Shown: positions 12,027 to 26,820, numbered from the whole stretch's first letter. The stretch: 60,703 nt of DNA, filler included, from Catajapyx aquilonaris (GCA_000934665.2; 2 parts of 2 records of this genome joined end to end with filler, not necessarily neighbours in it), one strand, 5' to 3'. Notes: a model not told the origin generated them from the letters alone. Made by a program: numbers and translations.

Positions 12027-12895
12027 ATAACATGAAGAAATGGTCAGAGCTACATAAGCTGGAGACATTTTAGGCCTGCATACGATGTCCAAATCGGTTC
12101 CACAGTACTAGAGAAAGGTCTTATCACTGCAATGCCAACACAAATGATCAAAATCACTCTTATATTGCACTTATCGCAAGCATGTAACTTTTATTATAAA
12201 TTGGCATGATACTAGTTGCACATGTAACAACATTAACAGTACCGTATGTTGTTTAACAGGCCAGTGGTCTGAAATATTATGTCTTGTTGCAAAAGTAATA
12301 TTATTTTTGTTGTCAATATAAAGTCGTGACTTTATATTGACAACAAAAATGTGAACATAATAAAAACATGCTCTGCAATTCTTGGAGTACTGAAATAATC
12401 CACGTGGGATAAGGGACTTGAAAATGTTTACACACATGATCACAAAATGAATGCAAAATTTTCTTCAGAGATTAAAATGCTGTGACTGTTCTATCAGGAC
12501 AAGTAAGTGGAAGACCTTTGGAAGGAGACCCAAATATTATAGTACGTAACTTACATACAAAGGTAGAAATGCAATGCATCGTGTTCTGGTCATGATAAAT
12601 GAAAACAAAAACAACTCTAAATCAGAAAAAAAGTCAGTTCCTGACAAATGCCAGAAGAATTCTCACAGATTGCAATATACTGCATATAAATTAACCTACT
12701 GCATATTTTTTTGAAGCTACTGTTAAAAGGAGAGAGTCAGAAAAAAAACAATAACTATCATAGCATAATAAGAAGTACCGAACAAAAATTGAGTAAAATT
12801 AACAATTTTCTTAGGCTTGTTTTTGTAATGCTGTGGGACAAAATAATAAAAACACAGAATTGCTCTCATGAGAAATGGAACCACAAAATTACATC

Positions 12896-15800
12896 TTAGG
12901 CATAGTAACCTGGAGAGAGCATCATATCAGCCAGCACTTCCAGCTGATCCTCTGAAAACTTCTTCTTGTGCTCCTGCCAGTTGTCTTGATGAGTATGCCG
13001 AAACTCATTCAGGGTTTTTGTGATGGAAGGCTGCAGAGAGAGAATCACTGCGGTTAAACATCTCAAATTTATTTTATTTTATTTTCTACATCCCACATGT
13101 CTTATCATTTTGCTGACTGCTTTACTGAGAAAATTAAATACCTGGCAAGGCAATGTATGTGGAAAATATTTCACAGATAAAAGTCACAATAACTGTCAAA
13201 AACACCCAAGCCTGCATAAATATTACCATTTTAAATATTGAAACAGTAATATACCACCTTGCCAACTGGCTACTATTGTACTATAGCAGTGGGCTGAAGC
13301 TGGTGACAATAACAAGCCACTGTAACACCTACCAGAATGGGTTCTGGATCATGCAGATGGTCACCCAAGACCATTATAATTTCAGGTACAATGTCAGGTA
13401 CACTGTAAGGGTGTGCATTCACAACAGCACAGAGGCCCAGGATGCCCGAGTGCCTCCGGATCACAGCCTCTGAGTTGAGCTTCCCATGCATCAGAGGCAC
13501 CGAAGCTCTCTCCCTGAAGGTGGTCTAATTAATGTGCACAAAACACGTTTCATTATTCAGACATCAGCATGCTTTGCAAATGAAACTTTTCACAAAATTC
13601 GATGTAGCAAGTAATCAATATTAATCTTCTCTGATGAACCTTGTCTAACATTAGAGTGAACCACTGCAATGTCAATGCATGAGCCAAGATGCGTAAAACC
13701 ACACTGTAAATGTAACATGGATCATGTGACATGAAAAATGTCCTTCGCATACCAATAAATCCTGGGAGATGGGAATGAACTTGCAGTGCAGCATTCCGGA
13801 GAGGACACGTTCAGCCTTGTTGCGAACTTCCAAGCTCGGGTCACCCAGCAACTCAAGAACTACTGTCTTCACAGAGGTCATCCATTCCTCCCGGCTTGGC
13901 AACAGGCATAAATTTTTGAAAACCATGACCTCCATGTACTCCAGGATAGAAGCCCGGCAATGCCATGAGGGGCTTGCTGCCACCTACGTTTCATCAGCAA
14001 TTTACTTTCAAGCAGTTCAAGAAACACGTCAACTCACTTACCTCCTTGACAACCCCTAGGACATTGCCCACTTGTTCGGGAAGCAGCCGTGCTTGTGCCA
14101 AGCAAGAAATTGCAGAAGAGCAAATATCGCCCACCTCTGGATCAGTCTCATGATTTTCTAACCCACAGAGTATGGGGAGGAAGCTCCAGAAGTAAGGTTT
14201 GGCACCTTGGTACGCTTGCTGAAAACTATCTGCGATCCACTTGCCCACTGCGGCAAAATGGGTTGTGAGTTTCGTTCCTGAAAAAAGTTGCTATTTTTCT
14301 TACCTGTTTTCAGAAGAAGAAGGGCTGACTTTCTCTCCCCTTCATAACGAGGTGATGTCTTCCCTTCTGGCACACATGTAGAATTACTGTCTGATGAGGA
14401 GCATTCCGATGAAGGAAAAGCTCCACCTGATTCTATTAACACAGCCAGTTGAGGGAACAAGGCTTCTGCCAGTGCAGCTCCATGTGGGCCTCGACTTGCT
14501 TGTCCATGAGCATATGTAACATCATACATAAAAATGTTTGCCAGCACATTGCTAATCCCCAGTCTCGCATTCTGAAACGGGTGTGCCAGGTGGGGGCGCA
14601 AGTGGTTGAGGAGGCGCCCAAGAAGCTTTTCCACACGCCACATTTGCATATTGAGTGCCACTTGCAGCATATACAAACGACTAAGAAAAAAAGTACACGT
14701 GAAGAATAAGCAACAATAAGTAGGCCAACGATATGAACCATTGCAACAAACCTGGCCTCCACAAAAGCTCCCTCTTTTCCTGTGAACAGTTCTTCCATCA
14801 ACAGCTCCAGAAACCAGTAAATGCGGTTTGGATCTCTTGAAATCTGTCATCAATTGGTTCACATTTAGCACTAACAACTTGAAACAATAACATGGTGTAA
14901 CATTCGTATGTTTCTATGTCAGGAAAAACTTTTACAAAAGTAATTATTTTTTTATCATAGCAATAATGCTCTCAACACATGTTATGAGGGCGAATATTGT
15001 CAATTGCAAAATCAAACATGAGCCATTCCCTTTCTCCATAAATAAACAAAAATTAAAATTCCACGTGGTTGACTACAACACTCACAGAGACTTTGCCACA
15101 GCAACTTCCCCAGTCACATATTGTTTCAGTGGTGACATTTGCCATGGCCACCTGGATGATGGGGACGAGGATGCGCCACATCTCTTCCACTTTTTCATAC
15201 GGCCAGTGTTTGGACCCCCGAATCAATCCAGACAGAATCTCGGCTGCACATCTCTGGCTGCTCTCTGACTGATCAGCAACAAGCCGCTCCAAGTGAGGAA
15301 CAAACTTATCAAGAAAGGAGTTGCCAAAGTTTCGAAACAATCCCTGTAATAATAATAATAATCAGTAAAGGATCATTTGTGACACATGAACATAAGCAGT
15401 AAAACTACCTTGAACATCACAAACCGTCCATCATCAAACTTGTCTTTTCCCTTCTCCTCTTCAAGTGATAAGAAAGTTATCAATTGATCCACATTTGACT
15501 GATCAGTAAAGAAGTTTTGTATCTCCCTCTCAGCAGGTGACATTTCATCTGCTGTCCTGTCCAGTTTGGGTTGGTCCCCAGATGGAGCATAAATCCCCAG
15601 ATATCTGTTTCGGAGAAAATCAACAAAATAATGGCCAGCATAAGGGTTAACCAGTAGTCCTGGGCCTGACTCAGAATGAACAAATCGAAGGGCATAGACT
15701 GCAAAAGGATGGAATCAGAGACACGTCCCACACATTTTACTAAATATTCGTATAATAATGTTGGAATCGTGAAATTGTGAACTTATCTCTGGATCAAATC

Positions 15801-18800
15801 AAGATGCAATCACTTGTGAGTTACCAACAGAAGACAAAAAATTGACAATGTCCAGATCAAAAATAACTGGTACATTGTTTATGCATAATTTTTATTGAGG
15901 GCCATCCTTTCTCAGGTATGATGCGTACTTGCATCTTGACTCAAATACTTGATCCATCTGTATCTACATCCATTTGTCTCTTTCTTTCTATTGCAGCCTG
16001 TATACTGTACCTTAGCTTTTTTAAAAAAAAATCAGACTTAAGCATTTTTGATAACCTATTGTCTTCAACAGCTATTCTCACCGTGGCCAAGTATAATATC
16101 CATAGTGGCCCTTGTACAAGTAGAGAGGTGAATCCCAATCCTTCGGTGACCTGGGGAACCTCTTTTCGTCATATTGAAGCCATTCATTGTCAGGACGAAG
16201 CCCTGGATTTGGATGAGCGTTTGAAGAATCTCCTGACACATTCATGGTATGTGGATCCACCATCTTTTTTGAATGCGGGCGTTTCAGTTGCATGAGGACG
16301 AGTGAAAATCCATGGGTGGACATCTGGAATATAACAAGGTCTCAGGCACATGTTCAACTGCTACGACAATAGCATCTCACCTTGCGGATGGCAATATCAT
16401 TATGAATCAGTCCTTGCAAAAAAACCTGAACTGTTCCAGGAGGAAAGTGGTAGTCAGATCGGATCAAGAGAGACAGGAGAGAATATGCAGAACTTTCATA
16501 ACACCGGTGCCTGCGGAAAAAAAGACGTCCGTGTGTTAAGGAATATTACACTGATCAAACTAGAGGAGAGAAACATGAAGGTCATATTCTTCTTGAATGC
16601 AGACCCAGCCAATGTGATGTACTGCAATAATTTTACCAGCCAGATTTATCCAGTGTTAAGAAGTAGATCGGAAAGGATATGGTCCAGACCCATATGTAAT
16701 CTCTAATCAAGATTATTTTTGTCAACTATTGTTTGTTTTAAACTCCCAATAGTACAAACTCACAGTTCTCCAGAGTTGATTGCATCAGTCAAGTTCCTCA
16801 CGAGGGATTCATAAGCACTGATGTTCCTTTTACCATTCTCCTGCAGCTTACTCTTGCCGTCAGCCACTTGCTCTTCAGAAGGGTACAGCACATCAGAAAT
16901 AGTAGCCAAGAGCTTTTTGGCGGCTGAACTAGTCGCCTCCGACATCTGCATGGAAGATTATATTTCATAGTCAGCAAGTACTTCACTCACAGTCAGTGAT
17001 AAGTCATACCCGGATTTCAATGTTGAACGTATCCCAATAATCGGAAATGTCTACAATGGCATCTGCAAGCAGATGCACAATAGAGGGCTTCTCTGTGGGA
17101 GGTGAGGAAAGCAACGCAGGCCACAAGATGCTCAAATCTTGCCAGTTTCGGCAAACCAACATGGAATCTGGATCCTTGCCAATGGCAACAAACATTGCTC
17201 CCTGAAGAAAATAAAACATGATGCCACTGTGCAATGGAAGGTAATTCATAACACACGCACCTTGAGCTCTTCATGTGTGTGAGATGGATCACGAAGGAAA
17301 TGGACAATTCGTGGCACCATGGTACGGTATGAGTAAGGGTACCTGCTGAAGCATTCTTGAAGAACTTTCTGGGCATGGGATCGGATCTGAAATTGGGAGC
17401 ACATGAGCATCGTCCATCGAGGCAAATCAACTGGGCTACCAAACCTGTGAATAGCGGGAGGTGGCTAAATCCAATAGGGAGTTCATGGTTGACAAATGTG
17501 ACTCAGTGAAAGAGTTCGCAGCTGCCTCAAACAGGCGGGTCTCATGCTGGATATGAACCCGTTTGATTAGCAAGGCACGGCTGTGCTTCTTTTGTCTGAC
17601 CAGTTCATTTCCCAGGGCACGCTTCATACCGTAATAATAATGTTGGAGTGCATCGAAGTCCTCTTCGGTTAGGCCAGACAAGCGATACAAGACACTAGCA
17701 TAAATCTGAAACAAATCATTACTACTGGTGCACTAGAATCCCAGAAACAATATATGCTCACTTTCAGTACAAGGTTCAGAGACTTGGTGTCATCCTGAGC
17801 ATGAAGCAACATTTGCTTTTGCAGACGCTGCATCAGATAGAGAATCTCTTGGCGAACATTCTTACCAGATGATGTGGTCAGCTTAGTGTTATTACATTGG
17901 ATGCAAAGCTTAATGTTGTAAGGGTTCTGAACACAACTGTCAACTACTGCTTCCAGTGGGTCATCCTCTACCCAAAAGGGCAGCAGAGAACTGCAGCCAG
18001 TTATGAACTGCATTATTATTTTCAAGCTTTGCTGTAACTCTTTGCAGGTCAGGAAAGTGGAACCTTCTTCTGCATCAGTTATGTGTTTCTCAATGCGTTT
18101 CATTTCAGGTTCCAAGTAACGGTGAAGAAGATCCTGGCAGAGTTTAATTTCCTGCTCTGATGGCACGTGCCAGTCAATGTGAAGACGCTCGATATCACCA
18201 GTCCTTCCCCAGTCCTAGAAGCAAATCAAAGGGTTCATCCTGGTTGGGACAATAAGGGACAGTCAGTTACCTTCACATAATCATACTCCTCAGGTTTTCT
18301 ATCAAAGCCCTCAGGAAGACTTCGGTATTCATTGGGAATGATTCTACTTAAGCTCTTCAGGACATTTTCAAGGATGTCTGCAGCAACCTTGGATCCATCC
18401 ATGGAGGTCAAATGGAGCACTTTGTCCAGTACTTGCTTAATCAATGCTTCATAAGGGAGTAGGAAATTTCCTGAACAATGCACAATCTGTATGACAAATA
18501 AAAATTAGTATGTACATCCTTTTTGCAATACTTCCCAGTATAAATGTTACCTCATATGTCAACTGCAGCTTAAATAGTAACTCAGGATCTAGGTTCTCTT
18601 CTTTCACAGCATAATCATTGTCAAGCAGTCCCAAAATTGTGCTGCATGCTGAGGGAAGCAAAACCTTCAGGGAGATCTCAGGTCGCACCTGAAATGATTA
18701 TTATTCATCTGCAGTACCACTCAAAGGTGTTACGTCGTCAATGGCAGTGTTTGGAAAGTATTCACCTACCCTAGCTAAAGCGTAGCATAAGTTTGCCACA

Positions 18801-21800
18801 ATCTTTCCTGCCACTTTTGTCTCCAAAATTCGACCGGATATAAATCCCTGAACCTTATCAAGGGCAACCTGATAGGTATGGATAGAGACATGTATTAAGA
18901 GACTGCTGCATAAAATTTTGGTCATGCGCAAAAAGTATGCGGAAAACACTGGTAATGTAATATGCCATCATTTGTGAAAAAACACGCTAAATTGACATAC
19001 TGTGGCACACAATGCCTAGATTACTTGTACAGTACTCTGAAGATAAGGTCATTAGGGTCTCACTCACTTGAAATACTGGAAGAGAAGCTTGAGACAACAT
19101 AGTGAAAAATGACAAAGCAATGCCATTATTCATCGCATATTCCTCTGAAGTAGGTTCATCCCTGGCTGACATGGACTCCAACAAGATCCTGCTCTCCACC
19201 AATGCAAATGTCTGATCCAGAAATCGCAACACAAACTCCTTGAAACCTGCAGTTGACTCATACGTAGCTCTTTCATAATCATTAGTGGCTGGAAAAGTGG
19301 GACATAAGCAGAAAGCAAGAGCAATGCAGTTGGGCCTTACCCTTGTCAGCCAAAGCAGAGCAATCCACGATAGGAACTAAGGAGAGAGAAACTATTATAA
19401 ATTGACACACGGCAATGCATCTTGATGTGTCGTTGGGGTTGATCCCTGGCAGGATCGCCATCAAAAGGGGCATCAGGTGGGAGGGACCTTCAGGATACGT
19501 CCAGTTTTCTGTTTCATCCACCGCTACCACAGAGCAATTTAGTGGTGGATCTACGGCTCCTCCACTGACCATTGCTCGCAAAATGAATGTAGCACATTCA
19601 ATTGCTGCAGTTAGGCGATGAGGTTCATTCACCATATCCAATGCCAAATGCAACCTATGATGAGAGAGAAAAACTTGCACAACTCCGCAGGAAGAAATAC
19701 TCTTGAGGCGTTCATTTTGTACCTGTCCAACACTGGTGGTATGATCAGGCTTGGTCGCAGACAAGCCAAGTTTCCTAAAGCCACAGCTGGACCAAGAGGA
19801 CCCAACTGAGAAAACATCGCAGAGAGAACCAAGGGCTTCAAACTCATAACGAATCTAGTGACATCACTATCCGTCAATGGAGTGGCATGTAGACGAACAT
19901 CCCAGGAAGGCTTTCTGTAGCGCTCACTACAAATTCAAATATGATTAGTAGCCTCTTCTCTCAGTCTTGAGAAATTGCTCATGCATATTTATTGCGAGGT
20001 ACATGTGACATAATAGTAATATCATCTGCAGTTTGAATGTACAGGCCTGTAATTTGCACCTAAGCTTTAGGTCACTGGATTTTCACGAATTTAACAATGA
20101 TACATTCACCTCTACTAATGGCAATCCATCTGCAATACTGAATTGGCATGACTTTGACTTACAGTCCAACTTTTACAAAAAGAAGTGCCCTCCCATGCCC
20201 TCCTTCTCTAAGCACTCAACGTGGTGTTTTTGTGCAACTGCGGCTAATATGTACTGTTATGTTACACATGTTTTTAAGGGATCTTATTTAAACGAGTTTA
20301 TGCAGTAATGCCTCATTCTGTTTCAGTCATTTTTACAGACTTACTCGTGCAAACGGTCCACAAAGCAAACAGTAAGGTTTGCCAGGAACTGCTGCAGTTT
20401 CTTGCACCAGGAGCCGTAATTCGCTGGATGAAAGTATGTTTCCAACGTTGCCAACATCTTCTCCAAAAAATCCTGGCTGCGACTGCCATTTCCCTATTGA
20501 GAAGTACTCCGATATTATATTAAACCTCTTTCACTGGTTTACATACTTCAATAGGACTATTATGATGTGATTATTGAGGGAAATGTAATACCAGCTGCAG
20601 AGCCTTTGCATTACCCTTTTCGTCCTCTCGAGTCACTTACAGCAACTGGCACGCCATCAACATACAATATTTACATTATAATATTGCTAAAAGCTGAGTC
20701 TACAGTATACCTCAAGATTTTGCTTCTTTTATATGTACAACTCAATTACAACCTGCATGTTTAATCTAAGCTATGTAAGAATTTATTTATGCTTACCAAA
20801 GTGTGAACTATAAAGGTGGTAACCATACCGGAGCTCGCTTGATGTGCTATTTTAGAGTGTGATTTGTAGGCAACTGGGAGTCCCATTGCATTCAAAAAGT
20901 ATGAATACATCCTGGGAAAGTAAGGCTCCCAGTCCACTGCATCTGGGTTCTCGCTAACCAGATGAGACAACAGAGAGAAGAAATTTACTTCCCAACTTGG
21001 AGCGTTATGGCAACTTTCCCACAAGTTCTGCAGATCTGGAAGCCACAACTTGAAAGCATCTGGGTGGTGGGTGGGCAGAAACAACACCATGTAGTAAACC
21101 GCTTGGGCCATAACTGTACTGAAAGGGCACAACAAGGGACGCCATTCCTCCATCATCTCCTTTGTTGAATCCTTTGGGAAGTACCTGCAAAACAGGAAAA
21201 ATTTTAACTGCCACCCACGTTTTACTTTGACTGGTGCAATGGATCCTTGGACAATTTCCTTTTAGAAAATTGTTAGGCACCCCTGGGATCCACTGAACTC
21301 AAATGCACGTTGGACCAATGTGTTTCACAAGCAATTATGCCACTTATGCCATTGATGTCCCACCCCCCACCAACACTAATGACCTTTGTGGTTAACAAGG
21401 TGGTCAATTATCTGGCAGGACTTACATTCGGCACGCCCTGATTGCATTTCCCAATGTTTCAACGACCTCCCTGAAAAATTAGGACAAATAGTAGTAACAA
21501 TAACATAGAACTGCAATGAATCAATCTGTTCCAACTCACGGTTGGGTCAAAAACATCCCGTTACGGCTCTCTTTATCATAAGTGCACTTCTTGAAAAGAA
21601 GATACAGAGGTCGCCAAGGGAGCTCCAGATCTTCTGGAGTGAGGAGCTCAGTCTTTCTAAAAGCGAAGAAAAGATTATAACAATAAACACAATCATTAAC
21701 TTTTCTGGCAGTAGCAACAAACACACAAGTCAAAAAAGAAAAGGCAGCACAGACATGAACTTGAGGAATAATGCAATAAAAAAACAAGCTCTACATGTCT

Positions 21801-22169
21801 CCTAATGAAACTGTCCATGTTGATAATGCACATCAGCGGGGAGACGGAGTGGCGCCGCGGTAACGCGCGCGCCCACGGAAGTTAAGGTCCCGCGTTCAAT
21901 CCCCACCCGGGGTTCCCACCTTCTTTCGTGCAGAGTTGGGCCATCTCTGGCTTCGTTTCGGGTGGCAATTTCCGATAGACTAAGCCACCCGGGGGAGTTC
22001 ACAAAATGACGATTAGAGACATTGCACTTGCACTTTGCACATCCCCTCCCACCCACCCTTGGAGTACACTAATAAGATTCTATCTTAACTCGCTCCAACG
22101 AAAAAACCCCAATGGTGGTAATCCACCCCCCCAAAGGAGTACGTAACTCCCCCCGTGGGGTAATGCAAA

Positions 22170-22206
<37 letters not shown>

Positions 22207-25200
22207 CACATCAGCATTGAAAAACTGATGACAATTACTCTCTTTTTATGGTTACAAGTGCGTAATAATACCCTTCCATGGCAGCCGTTCAAAAGGACTA
22301 CATAATCCATGCCTCCTGCATACTACGAATGATGCAGAATATTCATTGCAACCTATTCCTATTACAGACGGCTGCTGGCTATCAAGCAGCAAAGACGTGC
22401 CTGTTTGGGCTCCCAACATACGTTCGATTTGTACCTGCCAAGGTCGGCCCGGCTACGCATTACTTGCGCCGTTCGATCAGCAATGGACACAGTGACTCTG
22501 CCGGCGATCCGTGCCTTGATGGATACCTTCACGGTGAAATTTCTGACCAAAGTGGACTCGGCCTTGCTGAGTCTCCGTGCCACAATGGAGGAGTCACATC
22601 GGCAAGTGCTGGAGCAGTTGGAGGACCAAAGGGAGGTGACAAGAACCTAACGAGCAGAAAACGATGACATGTGGGAGGAGAACCTACTTCTCAAAGACAG
22701 GAAGGAAGCTCTCAAAAATCAGTCTCGCAGGAACAAGATTATCCTGTATGGTGTGGAAGAGCACGAGGGTGAAACCTGGTCCAACGCCGAAGCTCATCTT
22801 CTCAAGGTAATCACCGAATTCCGGCTCCACAATGCGCCCAGTCAAATCGAGCTGCAGCGTGTGCATCGCCTGGGATTTCGCCAACAAGGTCAGAGTTGCC
22901 CTATAATAGCAGAGTGTTCGCATTACAAAGATAAGGACGAGATCATTGCCAACACGAAGAACTTACGGAACTCCATACCGAGTCTGTCCGAGGACTATTC
23001 AGCAGCAACATGTGCACGGAGGAGGCAGCTGATACCATTCAAGAAGGAGGCGAAGTCCAAGGGCAACAAGGCAAAAATATGGCTGGACAAACTCATTGTC
23101 AACAGGATCCAATTCGAACTGACACAAGATGGGAGGGTTCTCTCGGACAGCAGGTGCTATGATGACCGCAACCGAGGCTACCCTGCGGACAAGTTCTCTG
23201 GCAAACGACCTATGCTTTCACCGGCTGATGCACCTACTACTGCGAAGAAGCCAAATGCAACCAATACCAGCCCTCTACAACAAGAGGTTGATGACGACTC
23301 TTTTGCTGCCACAACAGAAGATGGTACAGTGCAAATTGATTCAGGGTATAGTGCGCCAACTACTGCTGCTACAAAGGAGCAGTCCTCATCTGTTGAGGCT
23401 GCGGAAAAGTTGAGCAAGTTCATACGTGTGTAGTGGGAGGGTGGTGTGCCTCGGTTGAATTTCAGCAATTAATATACCAACCTAAGTCATACTTTGCCGC
23501 CCACCACAACAAATTTTACGCTGACTTGTTGGAACATTGCTGGCACGCCAATCACAGACAGAGCTCAGGAAATTCTAAGCCCCCCTGTTAACTGTAGTGT
23601 TGGGCCTACTAGAAACATGGTGTACGCACACTTTGACAATCCCTGCCCTTGAGAGCCAGTACATGCTCTTACAGAGTCCGGCAATTAGACACTGCAAGGT
23701 GGGTAGTCCGGCCGGCAGCCTGGCATTAATCATTGACAAGTCTTGGACAGTAAATTTACTAAAAAGATCTCTCTGGTATATAGAGGTCAAATTATACCAC
23801 AAACACGTATCCTTTGCAGTAGTTTTAAGATATTGTGCTCCAAGTGAAAATTTTGAAGAAATGACTGTTGAGTTGAATAATGTGATAACTGACATATTAT
23901 ACGAGGTAGGCGCCAAAAGTTTCCGACCTGACTATGTTCCAGGGGTGATGGAAATAAAACAAATATAGTGTCAGGTAGTCCCAACTATGAGCGGAGGAAT
24001 GTACAAGTTTCACCCGGCAACGTCAGTCAGTCCCTAAGAAAAGTCAACTTTAGTCAGACAAGTTGCAACATGGTGAAAATAGAGTATCCAGAGTGATCAA
24101 GTTCCTCACCAAGGAAGGCCTTACTACCATGTCTACTGAACAGGGCTTGGATGATGGGTATGGTGAAGCTTCCTCTTCAAATTCCACCATGAAGAAATGG
24201 GCTAAGTAGTTTCATTTGGGTCTAGAGAGCATCTAAGGTGCGCTATGCAACTTTCAGTCCGGGGAGGTGCTGACAGCAGAGACCATCATTCTCTCCTGTG
24301 GAGGAGTTGGTGCTGCAAGCAGGCCCTTGGAGGTGGAGGAACTCTTGGGAAGGTTGGGGGTTTTCAGACACCACCATTCCTCTCATTCTTCATGAACACC
24401 TTCACATGAAAAAGGTCAGCACAAGATGGGTGCCCCGACTTCTGTCCGCAATTCAAAAGCAAAAATGCGTAACCTGTTGCGAAATGTTTTCGGACTTTCG
24501 CCGTGGCAAACAGAAAGAAGTACTGGAGTCCATCGTCACAGGAGATGAAACTATGTTCCTGTGCTATGATCCTCTATCAAAAAGAGAATTAAGGGAATGG
24601 CGTAGGGCAGGCGGAAAGTGGCTGAGTGACCCGGTCGACCAAGAAGACCATGGTGACGATTCTTTAGAATTCCCAAGGAATCTTACTGATAGACTTCAAG
24701 GATTAAAACATGATTGTCTACGCCCTACAGGGAGTCCTACTCTGGCCTGCTGCACAAGTTTCGTGACGCCATGAAGAAGAAGAGATGCGGGAAGCTGAGC
24801 TGGGGTGTTCTCCAACTTCAGGATAATGCACCAGCTTGTAGGACAATGTTTCCAAGGCTACTGTGTGGAACTGTGGCTTTGAAGAGCTTGAGCACCCACC
24901 CTACTGGCCTCTAGTGACTATTACCTGTTATCCAAACTCAAAAAAGAACTTCAAGGTACGGTTAAAAAGTGATGAAGAGGTGTAAGAGGCAGTATATTAG
25001 CATATTGTAGACAAAACTTTGGACTATATTTCCAGAGGTATTGAAATGATAATTATGAGCTATGAGAAGTGCATTGGTGTACAAGGAAACTATATTGAAA
25101 AATGACACTGTCGTTTTATTTCCATCACCCTTGGAACATAGCCAGGCAGGAAACTTTTGGCGCCTACCTCGTACGATACAGGTGAACCAGTGATACTGAT

Positions 25201-26499
25201 GGGTGACTTTAATGCCCGTCGAGGTAACTCCTACGCCCAAGCTGAACCCTGGCCATTATGTTCCCCTCAGATTCTTGTTCGGACCTCCAAGGACAAAATC
25301 CTGAATCGTAGGGACAAACTACTTCGGAATCTTATGAAGGACCTATCGATTACGATACTCAACGGACCTTCAAGGTCAGACGAGGGTGAATATACTCTTG
25401 TGTCGCATCAGGGCTGCTCAGCGATCGATGTAGTAGGAGTTTCCAATCAAGTTTACCAATGGGTGATGGATTTTGCTGTTCTCAATCAGTGTGAGTTCAT
25501 GGTAATATGACCTACTATATAAGGTAACATTAACCCTACGATGACTACGGACATCATATGATGTCCTGCTGGTTTTTGAACTGGGAGCGCTTGAGTTTAC
25601 ACAAAAATGGCGCAGTTTGAGGCTCAAACTACTCCTACCACCCCTGTGGAAGGGGGTTCAACTACCATGGCATATGCTAATCAGTTTTTCCGCCTCCCAG
25701 CGGGAGCTAAACATACCCCCTCCCGCCTGAAAGTTTTTGACAACATGCAGCGTCTGGACTCGTACTCAAAGTAGTGTTTTAGTAGTATTATGTAACCATA
25801 GTAACAATTTTATAGTGACTTTAAAAATTTAAATAAATTTAATCACATTTCAAGTTAATTGCACTTTAATTTGTTTTTCTGGAACACCCTGTAGATGAAT
25901 TGTTTCGGCATTTTACATTTAGAAGGACCACCACGAGTTGAAACGATAAGTATTGGAGCATATTGTTTTTCATTAATATTACTCCTAGAATTTTTTTTCC
26001 AAAAGAGACTTAAACGGCCAAAAAAATTCAGGCATGAAAGGGTTAATTAATTTTGCTAAGCATTAGATTTGTATTATAGAATGGGCATAAATATCACTCA
26101 CTTGAGCAAAATGTCAAGAGTCTCAGCAAATGTTGACATCAAGGAGGGCTCTAAGTCTTTGAGGGTGCAGAGGTGATACATAAGCTGAACAAGAGCAACG
26201 TGGTCCTCTTTAGAGAAGCTGAACCCATACTGATGCACGTATCTGCAAGGAATAAATACGCAATACTGTAATAGCAGCAATGTAAAGCTTCAGAAAGCAT
26301 ACTCTTGGAGCTGGACGGTCCATATGAGAGCTCCAGGCTTCAGCTCGGACAGCAGGACAGCCCGTCCCAGGTTGGCCTTAATTTCTTGGAATGTATTTCG
26401 TGCTTCTGATTCCAGCTTATCCTGGCCATCCAGAAAGTACGGCAGGAATTGGTTGTACACCAACGGCCTTTGGTTCCCAGCCGAAGCGACGGACGACAT
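12896..26499 (-). CDS. PSME4: Proteasome activator complex subunit 4 (PA200/Blm10), multi-exon
   Basis: Starts MSSVASAGNQRPLVYNQFLPY (ATG at 26499). Exon translations include LELPWRPLY, EEWRPLLCPF, LPGINPND, GYYTWP, SQRCAAEILSGLIRGSKHW and RRHSGILGLCAVVNAHPY. The C-terminus is EFRHTHQDNWQEHKKKFSEDQLEVLADMMLSPGYYA* with the YYA HbYX motif. Not every internal exon boundary was resolved. Confidence 0.95.
21838..22200 (+). mobile_element. tRNA-derived SINE, family B
   Basis: tRNA-like head (TGGCGCCGCGGTAACG...GTTCAATCC), (TAA)n tail and a 15-bp TSD ATAATGCACATCAGC on both sides. Confidence 0.8.
22483..25650 (+). mobile_element. Decayed non-LTR retrotransposon (LINE): ORF1 plus the endonuclease part of ORF2, antisense within a PSME4 intron
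   Basis: ORF1 has a coiled coil and L1/Tnp22-type motifs (RRNKIILYGVEE, RVHRLG, PIIAE, LSEDYS), with a frameshift near 22650. ORF2 APE motifs WNIAG (about 23529), VILMGDFNAR and SAIDVV are split by a mariner. No RT domain is visible. Confidence 0.8.
23902..25171 (+). mobile_element. Full-length but decayed mariner transposon (about 1270 bp) nested in the LINE
   Basis: Long TIRs CGAGGTAGGCGCCAAAAGTTTCC.../...GGAAACTTTTGGCGCCTACCTCG with a TA TSD. Transposase motifs WVPRLL, IVTGDET and LQDNAP are present with stops and frameshifts. Confidence 0.92.
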
Positions 26500-26734
26500 C
26501 GTTGAGCCAGGTGGCTGGAGGATCTGGATTAGAAAGCGAGTGAGAAAGAATGTTAAAAACACAATTCGTTCTGCTATGAAACAGAGAGCTCCAAAAAAGC
26601 TCCATCATCAGCACATGTGCCCAACCTTTTCCCCTTCCCAGGCCCACACTGCTTATATTGTTGTGGGTGCCCTCAAGTCTATTGATCCAGAGCTGAATAT
26701 TATGAAAAGGTAATTAAACTGCCGATATAATTAC

Positions 26735-26820
26735 CTGGGCACTTTTTCCGCCGATTTCGGCCTCACCACGACCACGAGGCGAGACGAAAATGCGGCGCCA
26801 AGATGGCCACCGGAAGCTGA
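26735..26820 (-). promoter_or_regulatory. Probable PSME4 non-coding first exon and housekeeping-type promoter
   Basis: Minus-strand donor CAG|GTAAT near 26734 and acceptor near 26524. CpG-rich patch with a YY1-like AAGATGGC and an ETS-like CCGGAAG. Confidence 0.5.

Noticed and set aside
13560..13750. Possible intronic snoRNAs in PSME4 introns
   Set aside because: No convincing C/D or H/ACA box pair with terminal stems could be seen by eye.
22669..23433. 254-aa ORF as a host gene or domesticated L1TD1-like gene
   Set aside because: It is frameshifted from its own N-terminus and followed by a LINE endonuclease, so it is a decayed LINE ORF1.
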